Below, piece by piece: positions 39,050 to 49,111 of a stretch of 64,000 bases of DNA. The notes below the pieces were generated by a model. That model did not search any database. It saw nothing but the letters and a program-made list of their open reading frames with translations, and was not told the DNA's origin. Position numbers and translations under genes: made by a program. Position 1 is the first letter of the stretch. Each line of letters opens with the position of its first letter. This stretch comes from an uncultured Chloroflexia bacterium (lineage in GTDB: Bacteria; Chloroflexota; Ktedonobacteria; Ktedonobacterales; Ktedonobacteraceae), in the NCBI GenBank assembly GCA_963717195.1, contig CAVQVR010000021.1, positions 204,934 through 268,933 on the forward strand. Direction: 5' to 3'.

Positions 39050-39856
39050 TTAGCGTTTCTTTTCGCGACGCTGGTTGGTGCGGTATGCCAGATAAAGATC
39101 ATCATCGGCACCCTGCACGCCTTGTTTGATGGTCGGTGGCTGGGGTCTAGGGCCATCTCCACCATCGCGGACCATTGTATTTTTTGCTGTTGTACCTCTT
39201 CTCGCAGGCTGTGTACCCGCCATTGCATTCAAGTTGGTGGGCAGGAAGTCCATGCGTACCAGGAGGATCAGGATGATGATGAGCGTGGCAATGAATGTAA
39301 GCCCAGAAGGTGTAACAGCAACCGGGAAACCGAAAAGGTTGAACTTTGTGAGGACTCTCTCCACACCCCAGCTGGTCAGAATATTTTTCTCGAAGCCACC
39401 AAGAAAATCGGCGGCAACCAGATAGACGAGCATACCAAAGATGTAACGTGGCTTGAATAGACTGGGCTTTTTCAGTGGTTGGCCGGAGCGTGCCACTGCT
39501 GCTGCTTTGCTGGCTGCTGGCTTTTTCTCTTCCTCAGGAACCTCTTTACTGACGGCCTTTCCTGTCGTTGTTTTACCATGAGTGGCACGTGCGATACGCG
39601 CCTTTGCAATATCCGTTTCTTTTGTTTGTGTTGCGGAATCATCTTTACCGACCGTAGAGAAAAAGCCCGCAATCCGTCGTTTAGGAGCCGGAGGAGTATC
39701 GACGAGCATAATCGGTTCTATATCTGGCACTGGAGTCTCCTCAACTGGCAGTTCTTCCTGTTCGCCTGCACCTGGAGTAACAAGCACGGGTTGATTGCGT
39801 TGAGCACGCGTTACCCGTTTAGACTTTTTACTGGTCGTGTTAAATTCCTGGCTCAT
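39050..39856 (-). CDS. Hypothetical Lys/Ala/Pro-rich protein with one C-proximal TM helix
   Basis: Low-complexity N-terminal part, TM segment LTFIATLIIILILLV. Its start overlaps the stop of the upstream GlcG gene by 4 nt. Confidence 0.4.
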   Translation of the reverse strand: MSQEFNTTSKKSKRVTRAQRNQPVLVTPGAGEQEELPVEETPVPDIEPIMLVDTPPAPKRRIAGFFSTVGKDDSATQTKETDIAKARIARATHGKTTTGKAVSKEVPEEEKKPAASKAAAVARSGQPLKKPSLFKPRYIFGMLVYLVAADFLGGFEKNILTSWGVERVLTKFNLFGFPVAVTPSGLTFIATLIIILILLVRMDFLPTNLNAMAGTQPARRGTTAKNTMVRDGGDGPRPQPPTIKQGVQGADDDLYLAYRTNQRREKKR

Positions 39857-40452
39857 TCCTGGCCCTCCGGACGATTTGAATTAGATTGATCAGAACTCTC
39901 TCCATTATACCCGCTATTCTGATCAGAAGGAAGATGCTGGGTCGTAGGCGCATCATAGTGTGGTAGCGGTCGATCAGCCAGTGAGGCCGATGCAACTGAG
40001 TTCGTAAGTGACGATTCAGGTACAGGAGTTACTCCTACCGGTGACCCTACTACGACAAGTCCTGCGCGTGCGATCTCTTCATCACGTCCAGGTGCATTGC
40101 CACCACTTACACCTATACCACCGACAGTCGTCCCCTCGATGCGAATAGGCCACCCGCCAGATGCCATAATAAACTTCCCTTCAGTCATCGTTGCCATACT
40201 GGAAGCAAAGCCTGGAATGCCCGATCCCCACTGGGCAACTGCATCCGTTGGTTGATTGAACATCACCGCTGTATTTGCCTTGGCTATACTGATATTGCCG
40301 GTCGCCCAACCATAAGGAGACATCATTCGTTCAAAGAGAACCAGGTGCCCCCCCGCATCAACTATGGCAATGCTGACGGGGCTCCGTAACTCTTTCGCAC
40401 GCTGCTTACTAGCCTCTAATATCCGACGTGCCACATCTATCGATATGCTCAC
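39853..40452 (-). CDS. GlcG/HbpS-like (DUF336) heme-binding/degrading family protein
   Basis: …VSIAIVDAGGHLVLFERM…IAKANTAVMF…GGIGVSGG… with a disordered C-terminal tail. Confidence 0.7.
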   Translation of the reverse strand: MSISIDVARRILEASKQRAKELRSPVSIAIVDAGGHLVLFERMMSPYGWATGNISIAKANTAVMFNQPTDAVAQWGSGIPGFASSMATMTEGKFIMASGGWPIRIEGTTVGGIGVSGGNAPGRDEEIARAGLVVVGSPVGVTPVPESSLTNSVASASLADRPLPHYDAPTTQHLPSDQNSGYNGESSDQSNSNRPEGQE

Positions 40453-40612
40453 ACTCGCCTACTCCTTCTGACTCTATTCTATCCTTCTGCATTTTCTCGT
40501 GTTCAACTTCAAATAGTAATATATCTATTTCTAGAATACTGGTTCGATCAGCCGTGCCCATTGTACCGCACTCATCATGAACATACAAGCATACTCGGAT
40601 GTTGCGACTCCT

Positions 40613-41452
40613 CTACACCTGGGCGTCGTGAATGCGGCTTAGTGTGATGCGTTCTTTGCGCCAGACCAGTTTACTGTATTTTTCCTCAGCCAGTTGTTGT
40701 GCCAGTTCCCACTCCGAGGCACTGATTTCTCCCGGCACAAATGTCTCGTGCAGGGCAAGACTAAAGCCGTTTTTAAATGCCAATGCCACATCATCCCAGC
40801 TTGCACCAGGAGCAAACGTATGTAACGGCGTCGTTTTCTCACAATAGAGAGCCAGCGCCTCCGCTCGTGCACCTGCATTGGGATAACGTAGCAGCTCAAA
40901 AAACTCGCTGGCCCGGTCATCCAATGGCAACGAACCCTGCTGAAGCAGTGACTCATCTTTCCACACCTGCGCACTACCCACAAGCTTGAAACCGCCACTG
41001 GTTAGATCGGCCTGCGTCGAGGATGCAAAACAGGCGGCAGAGGGATGCTTACTCACACGTTCGTCACTGAGCTCGGCCTGCACTCCCAGATCTTTCAATG
41101 CCGCGAGAAGCCCCTGTGCAAGATAGGCATATGCAGCAACAACACCAGTAGGCACACCTTCTCGTTTGCCAATGACGATGCTATAGGTAAATTCATCCCG
41201 GTGATAGACTGCTCGCCCTCCCGTAGGACGCCGCACCAGGGCTACCCTTTGCTGCTGACAACGTTCGCTCTCAATTTCACGCTCGATACTCTGGAAACGC
41301 CCCAGCGAAATTGATGGCTGCGACCAGCGAAAGACACGCAACGTAGGTGGCACTTCGCCTCGAATATGATGCAGGAGAATCGCCTCGTCGAGTGCCATAT
41401 TGAGTGCTGCATCTTGAATATCTGTGTTTACAAAACGATAGTTCGTTTGCAT
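40613..41452 (-). CDS. Lipoate-protein ligase / octanoyltransferase family (BPL/LPL catalytic domain)
   Basis: …VRRPTGGRAVYHRDEFTYSIV… and FKLVGSAQ (conserved Lys). Confidence 0.7.
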   Translation of the reverse strand: MQTNYRFVNTDIQDAALNMALDEAILLHHIRGEVPPTLRVFRWSQPSISLGRFQSIEREIESERCQQQRVALVRRPTGGRAVYHRDEFTYSIVIGKREGVPTGVVAAYAYLAQGLLAALKDLGVQAELSDERVSKHPSAACFASSTQADLTSGGFKLVGSAQVWKDESLLQQGSLPLDDRASEFFELLRYPNAGARAEALALYCEKTTPLHTFAPGASWDDVALAFKNGFSLALHETFVPGEISASEWELAQQLAEEKYSKLVWRKERITLSRIHDAQV

Positions 41453-41503
41453 GCGTTGATCCTCTCAGGAAATCGTTGGAACCGACGTGACGTGAAACCA
41501 ACG

Positions 41504-42685
41504 TTACGAAGATTGCATCCTTGCCGCCTTCCATTTTGCGCGTTGATCCTCACGTACCTGTTCCGAGGCCGGGACATATTGGGCGAGAAACTCGGCGCGG
41601 AAGGCTGGATATGTTCCCGCAATAATTGCAGTTCGCAATTGAGCTGCCAGGCGTAACATAAAATGGATATTATGGATAGTACCCAGGCGATAGTATAACT
41701 GCTCCTCGGTGCGCAGAAGATGATGAACATAGGCGGCACTATAGTTCTGGCAGGTATAGCAAGCGCAGCCTTCTTCCACCGGCCCATGCACAGTGCGAAA
41801 GCGTGCGGATTTGATATTGACGCGCCCTTTATAGGTAAAGAGCCCTCCATGACGAGCCACACGCGTTGGCAGAACACAATCAAACATATCCATACCCAGT
41901 CCGACCCCTATAACAAGGTCTTCAGGTGAGCCAACACCCAGCAGATGGCGCGGTTTCTCGCGTGGCAGCTCCGGGGTAACATAGTTTAAGATGCGCCACA
42001 TCTCCTCTTTAGGCTCACCAACTGAAAGCCCACCGATGGAGAGACCTGGAAAAGGCATATTGCCGATGATGCGTGCACTCTCCTGCCGCAGTTCCGGTTC
42101 AAAGGCTCCCTGCACAATGCCGAAGAGCGTCTGCTGCGGATTGTAGCGCTCTTTAGCAAGCAAGGCACGTTCCTCCCAGCGATGAGTGCTCTCCATAGCT
42201 TTTCTGGCTTCAAGTGGAGGACAGGGATAGGGTGCGCAAATATCGAGCGGCAGAATAATATCCGCGCCCAGTTCTGCCTCAATCTGCATCACACTCTCGG
42301 GTGTCAGTACATGCATCGAACCATCAAGATGCGACTTAAAGGTCACGCCCTCCTCGCTCAATTTGCGGAGATGGCCCAGACTCCAGACCTGGAATCCACC
42401 GCTATCCGTCAAAATGGGACTATTCCAATGCATAAAATTATGCAGTCCATCAAAAGAAGCGATCAATTCGGAACCAGGGCGCAACATCAAATGATACGTA
42501 TTCGCCAGAATAATCTGCGCACCAGCAGCATGCAGTTCTTCAGGGGAGAGACTCTTCACTGTAGCCTGCGTGCCAACCGGCATAAAGATCGGCGTCTGAA
42601 TCACCCCATGAGGTGTATGAATGGTTCCCGCACGCGCCCACGTCTGGGAGCATTCGGCATCAAGAGCAAAGGTAAAAGATGACAT
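41504..42685 (-). CDS. tgt: Queuine tRNA-ribosyltransferase (tRNA-guanine transglycosylase)
   Basis: …TPHGVIQTPIFMPVGTQATVK…ILANTYHLMLRPG…DSGGFQV… with the Zn site CACYTCQNYSAAYVHHL. ATG at 42685. Confidence 0.92.
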   Translation of the reverse strand: MSSFTFALDAECSQTWARAGTIHTPHGVIQTPIFMPVGTQATVKSLSPEELHAAGAQIILANTYHLMLRPGSELIASFDGLHNFMHWNSPILTDSGGFQVWSLGHLRKLSEEGVTFKSHLDGSMHVLTPESVMQIEAELGADIILPLDICAPYPCPPLEARKAMESTHRWEERALLAKERYNPQQTLFGIVQGAFEPELRQESARIIGNMPFPGLSIGGLSVGEPKEEMWRILNYVTPELPREKPRHLLGVGSPEDLVIGVGLGMDMFDCVLPTRVARHGGLFTYKGRVNIKSARFRTVHGPVEEGCACYTCQNYSAAYVHHLLRTEEQLYYRLGTIHNIHFMLRLAAQLRTAIIAGTYPAFRAEFLAQYVPASEQVREDQRAKWKAARMQSS

Positions 42686-43068
42686 CAACTTCTCAACTTA
42701 GCGTGGGCCCATATTCTGAGGATTTCTCTGAACCTCGTGCCAGGAACCCATAATTTCTCTTTTCTATTTTCGCATAGGAGGTCAAGGTTGTTCCTACCTG
42801 TAAGATCATTTATAAATTCATGAATACGTTTCCCTATAGTAGACATAAAATATGCATAAAAATGTGAAGAATATTCATAAAAATACGGAAGATTAGCTTG
42901 CAATGTGGTAAAAGATAGTGTATGCTTTTCTGCGGTATCCCATCTCGGTCTCGCATACAGTGCTCGTCCAGAGTATCCAATCCCACGCTGGTAGGGGGAA
43001 AGAATGACTGGTGACTCTGCTAGGAAATGGACCTGGAGGCTTACCGATTATCACAAGGAGGTCCCTAG

Positions 43069-43377
43069 TTGAGCTTCGTTGACAAAACCCTAAAGTGCCG
43101 TGAATGCGGAAATGATTTTGTGTTCACTGCCGGTGAACAAGAGTTCTACCAGCAAAAAGGCTTGATGAATCAGCCTGGTCGCTGTTCTTCCTGCCGTGCT
43201 GCCCGCCGGGCCACATCTGGTGGTAGTGGCACTCGTTCTGAACGTGCCCCGCGAGAAATGCACACAGTCATTTGTGCTGAGTGCGGTTCTGAGACGCAGG
43301 TACCATTCTTGCCTAAGAATGATCGCCCCGTCTATTGTAGCCCATGTTATGATAAGGTGCGTGTTGCACGCGATTAA
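43069..43377 (+). CDS. Zinc-ribbon protein with CxxC-x17-CxxC motif
   Basis: CRECGNDFVFTAGEQEFYQQKGL…CSSC and CAECGSETQVPFLPKNDRPVYCSPC. Confidence 0.5.
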   Translation: MSFVDKTLKCRECGNDFVFTAGEQEFYQQKGLMNQPGRCSSCRAARRATSGGSGTRSERAPREMHTVICAECGSETQVPFLPKNDRPVYCSPCYDKVRVARD

Positions 43378-43443
43378 GCGTGGAGAGGTGCTCCTGCGTG
43401 TGTAATAAGCAGTAGGGGTCTGCAATCCTCAATTTTTCAGAAC

Positions 43444-43493
43444 GAAAGGCAAAGCCGAGGTGTGTTCTTGGCTTGGCCTTTCTTTTTTATTTC
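43444..43493 (+). terminator. Rho-independent terminator after the zinc-ribbon gene
   Basis: gaaaggcaaagccgagg-gtgtgtt-cttggcttggcctttc followed by ttttttatttc. Confidence 0.65.
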
Positions 43494-43901
43494 TCGGACT
43501 TCTGCCTTCGGAATAAATGGTTACTCGCTTCTTGTTACAGTCAGTGGCAATGAAGGCGCCTTCTCCCAACTATAACCTATTTTCGCCCCTCCATGTACCA
43601 TTTTATGGGCTATGAGGCTATGAACATTGGCAATTTTGGGAAAAACGCTGACGAAACTGTATATTTGCTTGACAGTCGTTCGTTGCACTTTATAATAGAG
43701 AATAATATTTGTTTTGCGTATGTATGCACCCGGCTTCTATGTGCTTTCTTATAAAAGTGGTATGCTATATTTATACGCTCTACTTTTGAGAAAGCGGAGC
43801 AGGCTAGAGCGAACACCTCATTATAGGCGAGAATGTCATCCCGATGGATGAAGTGCAGTTCGTTCGTACGCGGTGTAATGAGGAGTAACCAGGTATATGT
43901 A

Positions 43902-46328
43902 ATGGCTACTGATTTTGATAAATTTGCTGATGGGTCTTTTGCTTCGTATTCGTCCTCGGTGCTTAAGACAAGTGTTTCGGAGAGAGATTTGACGCCTTCT
44001 CATCTGACTCTTGAGGATTTACTGGCTGAGACCCAGTTGTATCTGACTCCCCAGGATCAGGAGAAGATTCGACATGCCTATGACCTGGCTAATCAGGCAC
44101 ATCAGGGAGCTGTACGGCGCTCGGGGGAACCTTATATCCAGCACCCCCTTGAAGTGGCTTTGCTCCTTGCTGGTATGCGCATCGATGCGGACGGAATAGT
44201 CTCTGCGTTACTACACGATGTCGTTGAAGATACTCACTACTCCCTTGATGAGCTGCGCGTGCACTTTGGTCCTGCCGTCGCGAATATTGTAGACGGAGTG
44301 ACGAAATTTGATGCCCTGGCCGAAAGGTCAAAAAGTGATGCCGCGACTGCTGAAAATGGGCTGGGAGATGCTCCTCCCCCACCACCTTCGATTGTCGATA
44401 AGCGGCTGGAACGTACTGAGACAGTGCGTAAGATGCTGCTGGCGATGGCCGAAGATCCACGCGTTGTGGTGCTCAAACTGGCCGACCGCTTGCATAATAT
44501 GCGTACGTTGAGTGCCATGTCCCCTGCTCAACAGCAAAACAAGGCCCGCGAAACCAGCGAGATCTATATCCCCCTTGCACGCCGTCTCGGTATGTACATT
44601 GTGCAGGCCGAAATCGAGGATCTGACCTTCAGTTACCTGGAACCGGAGAAGTTCACGCGGCTCAAACGTGCCGTTGAGCAGGAGATCAAAAGACGACAAC
44701 CCTACATTGATGAGGTGTGCCGTATCCTGCGCGAAGAGATGGAGCGAGCAGGACTCAAGGCCGAGGTTCTTGCCTGGCAAAAGCATCTGGCGAGCATCAA
44801 TCGTAAATTGAATGATGTGCCGCAAGAGATCAGCGACAACGAGCTGAGCCATATTCACGACCTGGTCTCCTTTCGTATCCTGGTCGACTCAGACTATGAG
44901 TGCTACCTTGCTCTGGGACACATTCATGCCCTCTGGCGTCCCAAAGATGGGCGCATCAAAGATTTTATTGCCACACCTAAATTGAATGGCTACCAGTCGT
45001 TGCACACGACCGTCTTTAGCCTGGAAAACCGGCTCGCCGAGATCCAGATCCGCACTCAAGAGATGGAGCGCACCGCTGACTATGGCATTGCCAGTTACTG
45101 GTACTTGAAGGAACGTCTGGGCAAAGATGACACCTCGACGAGTAGCTGGCGCATCTCGTATCGTGAAATGGTCGCCTGGATCGAACAGTTGCGCGAATGG
45201 CAGCGTGGCCTTCCCCAGGGAGCCGACGAATTCGTTGAGGCCGTCAAGGATGATATCTTTCAGGAACAGATCTTTGTGTTTACGCCCAAAGGGGAGGTCA
45301 AAGATCTACCGCGCGGCTCCACTCCACTCGATATGGCGTATCGTATTCATACTGACATTGGAGATCATTGCGCGGGTGCACGCATTATTACTGATATGGA
45401 TGATACCGGCCATCTTGTCACGCGCCTGGTTCCACTAGACTACGAACTGAAGGGTGGCGAGATTGTCGATATTATGGTCAATCGGACCGTTCATCCGACA
45501 CGCGACTGGCTTTCTTTTGCGCGTACAGCTGCGGCCCGCAACAAAATCCGTCGCTACTTAAAGACATACGAGCGAGAGATCAATCTACAATTGGGACGTG
45601 AACGCCTGGACCTTGCATTGAAGACTGCCGGGGCGGCAGGCGTGAATGAGCACATTGATGAATTGGTGCAACAGCTACACAGCGATGAGGATATTGCAGA
45701 AACGATATTCAAAAAATACGCAACCCTTGATGATATCTATGTCGCGTTAGGGCGTGAAGATCTGCAAGTAGAGCTCCTGATGGAGCACCTGTTGCCTCTC
45801 TTACGGAGTCAAGGAGAACTTCTACGTAAAGGCGTTGGGGCCAATGAGCATACAGGCGATGGAGAAAATCAAAAGGATAGTGAAAACGCAAGCCTGCTAA
45901 AACTGGCACAGTGCTGCTGCCCCATTCCCGGTGATGCCATTATGGGCATTCTCAATCCAAATAAGGGGATGTATGTCCATCGTGCCGATTGCCGTATCCT
46001 GCGTCGCTACCGGGATAACAACCCTTCCGCGCTTGTGGAAATCAACTGGTTGCAGATCGAGCCTGAGACATACCTTACTCCCATTAGCATTGTCGCTCAT
46101 GACCGCTCTGGCCTGTTACGCGATGTTGCGGCTGTCGTCGCTGATGCTGGCATCAATATGATCTCTGTTGCGTCAACGACCAACGCTGCATCACAGAAAG
46201 CCGTCATCACTGTCACTCTGGAAATAGCAGCCGAAGGAGGCGTCATCGACCAGATCGAGCGGATTCTCCGTCGCTTGCGCCAGGTCAGAAATGTAGTAAG
46301 TGTAGAACGCGCAATGAGTACGCGTTAG
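43902..46328 (+). CDS. rel: Bifunctional (p)ppGpp synthetase/hydrolase (Rel; HD + synthetase + TGS + ACT)
   Basis: HD intact (…QHPLEVALLL…LLHDVVEDT). Synthetase motifs RIKDFIATPKLNGYQSLHTTV / EIQIRT. CCPIPGD zinc finger and ACT. The start at ATG 43902 is uncertain; the ORF is open from 43833. Confidence 0.85.
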   Translation: MATDFDKFADGSFASYSSSVLKTSVSERDLTPSHLTLEDLLAETQLYLTPQDQEKIRHAYDLANQAHQGAVRRSGEPYIQHPLEVALLLAGMRIDADGIVSALLHDVVEDTHYSLDELRVHFGPAVANIVDGVTKFDALAERSKSDAATAENGLGDAPPPPPSIVDKRLERTETVRKMLLAMAEDPRVVVLKLADRLHNMRTLSAMSPAQQQNKARETSEIYIPLARRLGMYIVQAEIEDLTFSYLEPEKFTRLKRAVEQEIKRRQPYIDEVCRILREEMERAGLKAEVLAWQKHLASINRKLNDVPQEISDNELSHIHDLVSFRILVDSDYECYLALGHIHALWRPKDGRIKDFIATPKLNGYQSLHTTVFSLENRLAEIQIRTQEMERTADYGIASYWYLKERLGKDDTSTSSWRISYREMVAWIEQLREWQRGLPQGADEFVEAVKDDIFQEQIFVFTPKGEVKDLPRGSTPLDMAYRIHTDIGDHCAGARIITDMDDTGHLVTRLVPLDYELKGGEIVDIMVNRTVHPTRDWLSFARTAAARNKIRRYLKTYEREINLQLGRERLDLALKTAGAAGVNEHIDELVQQLHSDEDIAETIFKKYATLDDIYVALGREDLQVELLMEHLLPLLRSQGELLRKGVGANEHTGDGENQKDSENASLLKLAQCCCPIPGDAIMGILNPNKGMYVHRADCRILRRYRDNNPSALVEINWLQIEPETYLTPISIVAHDRSGLLRDVAAVVADAGINMISVASTTNAASQKAVITVTLEIAAEGGVIDQIERILRRLRQVRNVVSVERAMSTR

Positions 46329-46588
46329 ATTTCGGTTTCTCAAACCCATAGGAACCAACCACCAATACAGGGGCACGATCAGGGGTGCCATCAATATGGG
46401 GCACTGTTTACAAACGTATGGGAAAGATGGGGACACTAGATATCCTATCAAAACTGCCGATTTTTAACAATAGGTCACTTCGCGCGTATACTATACTGAT
46501 TATGAGAAAATTTGTAGGTGAACGTACACGTTGTTTCACTGCGCAAGTCCCCTTTGAGGACAAGCTAGCGGCCCATGTATAGACGATC

Positions 46589-49036
46589 ATGATGACAATA
46601 AATGGTTTTGTAGAAGAACATTCCGTACCACAAGAATTCTCTGAAGCTGTCGCGCTCCTCCTCGCGTGCCTGCGTCAATATATGACCTCTTCGGAGATCG
46701 AACGTGTAAGATCTGCCTTGCAGCTTGCACTGGATACCTGTATCGGTATTTCCGGTGAGCATCCTATACCCCCTCTTGAACACGCACTAGCCGTGACAAC
46801 TATTCTTGCCCAGATGCACATTGATGCCATCGGTGTCTCCGCAGGCCTGGTCTTTGAGGGCGTTGACGCGGATCTGCTCCCATTGGAGCGTGTGGAGCAG
46901 GAGTTGGGCTCAGTAACCGCTCGCGTTGTTGGCAGCATGGCACGCCTCAATATCCTGGAGCGCCAGAAGCAAAACGTTGCAGAGGGAGTTGCCAACGGAC
47001 AGATCGCTCAATTGAGTGGCGTGCGAAAAAACCATGATGATCATGAAGAGTCCAACACCAGGCCGCGTATCCGTGAAGCCATGCGCAAACAACAGGCAGA
47101 AACTGTACGTAAGATGTTCATAGCAATGGCGGAAGACCCGAGAGTCGTTCTCCTCAAACTGGCTTATCGCCTGCATGCCATGCGCAACATGTGCCAACCT
47201 TCCTATCAGGGAGACCTGCAAGAAATGCTCACGATGGCCCTGGAAACACGTGAAATCTACGCCCCCTTAGCCGGACGCCTGGGGATGTCACGCGTCGAGA
47301 GCGAACTGGAGGACCGCGCCTTTCAGATTATTGAGCCGGACAAATATGCCTGGGTGCAAGATATTGTCGAATTAGAAAGCAAACAGTGGCGTTCCTATGT
47401 TGAACGTGTTTGCGGCATTTTACGCACCGAGATGGATGCTCTCGGCGTGAAGGCTGAGATATCAGGACGCGTTAAACATCTCTACAGCTTCTACAAGAAA
47501 ATTCAGCGTAATGTTGACAATATCCAGGATCTAGAAAAGCTAAAAGAGAACGTCGATATTAGCCAGATTCACGACCTGATAGCGTTCCGCATTCTGGTCA
47601 ATTCGACGCCTGATTGTTACATCGTGCTAGGACATGTCCATAGCCTGTGGAAGCCAAAAGAGGGACGCATCAAGGACTTTATCGCCAATCCTAAACCCAA
47701 CGGCTATAGTGCCCTGCATACCACCGTTTTCTGCCTCGATGATCAACTGGTAGAGATCCAGATACGTACATTCACCATGCACGAGATGGCCGAGTATGGG
47801 GTTGCTATGCACTGGCATTATAAAGATGTTGGCGATCATGCCTCCTCCTCTGCCAAAGAACTATTAACCTGGCTGCGTCAACTCGCTGAATGGCAACGCG
47901 ACTTACATTCTGTAAACACTAGCGATAGCGATTTCGTTGAAGCGGTCAAGGATGATATTTTCCAGGAGCAGGTCTTCGTCTTTACGCCAAAGGGCGAGGT
48001 GAAGGATCTGCCAGTTGGCTCAACTCCGCTCGATTTCGCGTATCGAGTTCATACAAAGATTGGCGATAAGTGTGCCGGGGCACGCATTATTACCCAGGTT
48101 GGCAGTGACGATGGTGAACGCCTGGTGACACGTATGGTCCCGCTAGACTACGAACTCAAAAGTGGTGAGATCGTCGATATCGTCACCAACCGTACCGCAC
48201 ATCCCACGCGCGACTGGCTGAATTTTGCGCATACCGCTGCCGCGAAAAGCAAGATACGCCGCTATATCAAGACACACGAGCGCCACATCAATATACAGAT
48301 TGGTCAGGAACGGCTGGATCGCGAGCTCAAAACGGCTGGGATCGCGCGTGGCCTGGAAGCTATGACCGAGGACGCGGAGAACTGGCTCTGCTCAGAATAT
48401 CACCTGGAAGAATTTGAAGATATCCTCTCCGCCATCGGTGCTGACGATATACGTCCTCGCGCTATCATTGTGAAACTGAACGAGTTATGGCGCGAAGGCA
48501 AGGAGATCAAAGAGAGCAAAGAGACCGCAGAGCTTCCTGTCGTGTCGCCAAATGCCAGCACGAAGTCGACAACGGCTGCCCGTTTACAGGTGGCTGGCAT
48601 GAGTGGACTATTAACAAAGCTTGCCAATTGCTGTTGTCCTCTGCCAGGCGACGAGGTTGTAGGCTTTGTCAGCCGTGGCAAAGGTGTAATCGTTCACCGC
48701 ATCGACTGTCAGAATCTCGCACGCTTCCGCGAACAGGATCGTGAGCGTATCGTCGCAGTCAGTTGGGTCAGCATGAGCCAACCGCGCTACCTGGCTCCCA
48801 TTCTTATTACTGCTCGCAATCGTGTGGGCCTGATTCGTGACGTGGCCGCCGTTATCACTGATGTCGGCGTCAATCTGATGTCGATCAACTCTCATGCCCA
48901 TAAGAACCGTGAGCAAGTGCTTGTTACTGCTACGCTTGAGGTTGACAATCTGGATCAACTACACCGCCTCTTCACACGCCTGGAAAAGGTCAAGGACGTG
49001 CTTCGTGTCGAGCGCGACCTGGGGAAACCAAAGTAA
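46589..49036 (+). CDS. RelA/SpoT-family paralog with degenerate hydrolase motif (RelA-like, probably synthetase-only)
   Basis: Same domain order, but the HD motif reads …GLVFEGVDAD. Synthetase motifs are retained (RIKDFIANPKPNGYSALHTTV, EIQIRT). Confidence 0.8.
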   Translation: MMTINGFVEEHSVPQEFSEAVALLLACLRQYMTSSEIERVRSALQLALDTCIGISGEHPIPPLEHALAVTTILAQMHIDAIGVSAGLVFEGVDADLLPLERVEQELGSVTARVVGSMARLNILERQKQNVAEGVANGQIAQLSGVRKNHDDHEESNTRPRIREAMRKQQAETVRKMFIAMAEDPRVVLLKLAYRLHAMRNMCQPSYQGDLQEMLTMALETREIYAPLAGRLGMSRVESELEDRAFQIIEPDKYAWVQDIVELESKQWRSYVERVCGILRTEMDALGVKAEISGRVKHLYSFYKKIQRNVDNIQDLEKLKENVDISQIHDLIAFRILVNSTPDCYIVLGHVHSLWKPKEGRIKDFIANPKPNGYSALHTTVFCLDDQLVEIQIRTFTMHEMAEYGVAMHWHYKDVGDHASSSAKELLTWLRQLAEWQRDLHSVNTSDSDFVEAVKDDIFQEQVFVFTPKGEVKDLPVGSTPLDFAYRVHTKIGDKCAGARIITQVGSDDGERLVTRMVPLDYELKSGEIVDIVTNRTAHPTRDWLNFAHTAAAKSKIRRYIKTHERHINIQIGQERLDRELKTAGIARGLEAMTEDAENWLCSEYHLEEFEDILSAIGADDIRPRAIIVKLNELWREGKEIKESKETAELPVVSPNASTKSTTAARLQVAGMSGLLTKLANCCCPLPGDEVVGFVSRGKGVIVHRIDCQNLARFREQDRERIVAVSWVSMSQPRYLAPILITARNRVGLIRDVAAVITDVGVNLMSINSHAHKNREQVLVTATLEVDNLDQLHRLFTRLEKVKDVLRVERDLGKPK

Positions 49037-49111
49037 CGTTCAATGATGAGCAGGTGTGTGCTATAACGATTCTATTCAATAGAGAGTCAAAAAGCGTGAG
49101 AGGTTGAATGC

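Noticed and set aside
42685-42903. 72-aa ORF overlapping the tgt start by TGATG
   Set aside because: The region is very AT-rich promoter-like sequence with no RBS. The Tyr/Phe-rich product is typical of AT-rich non-coding translation.
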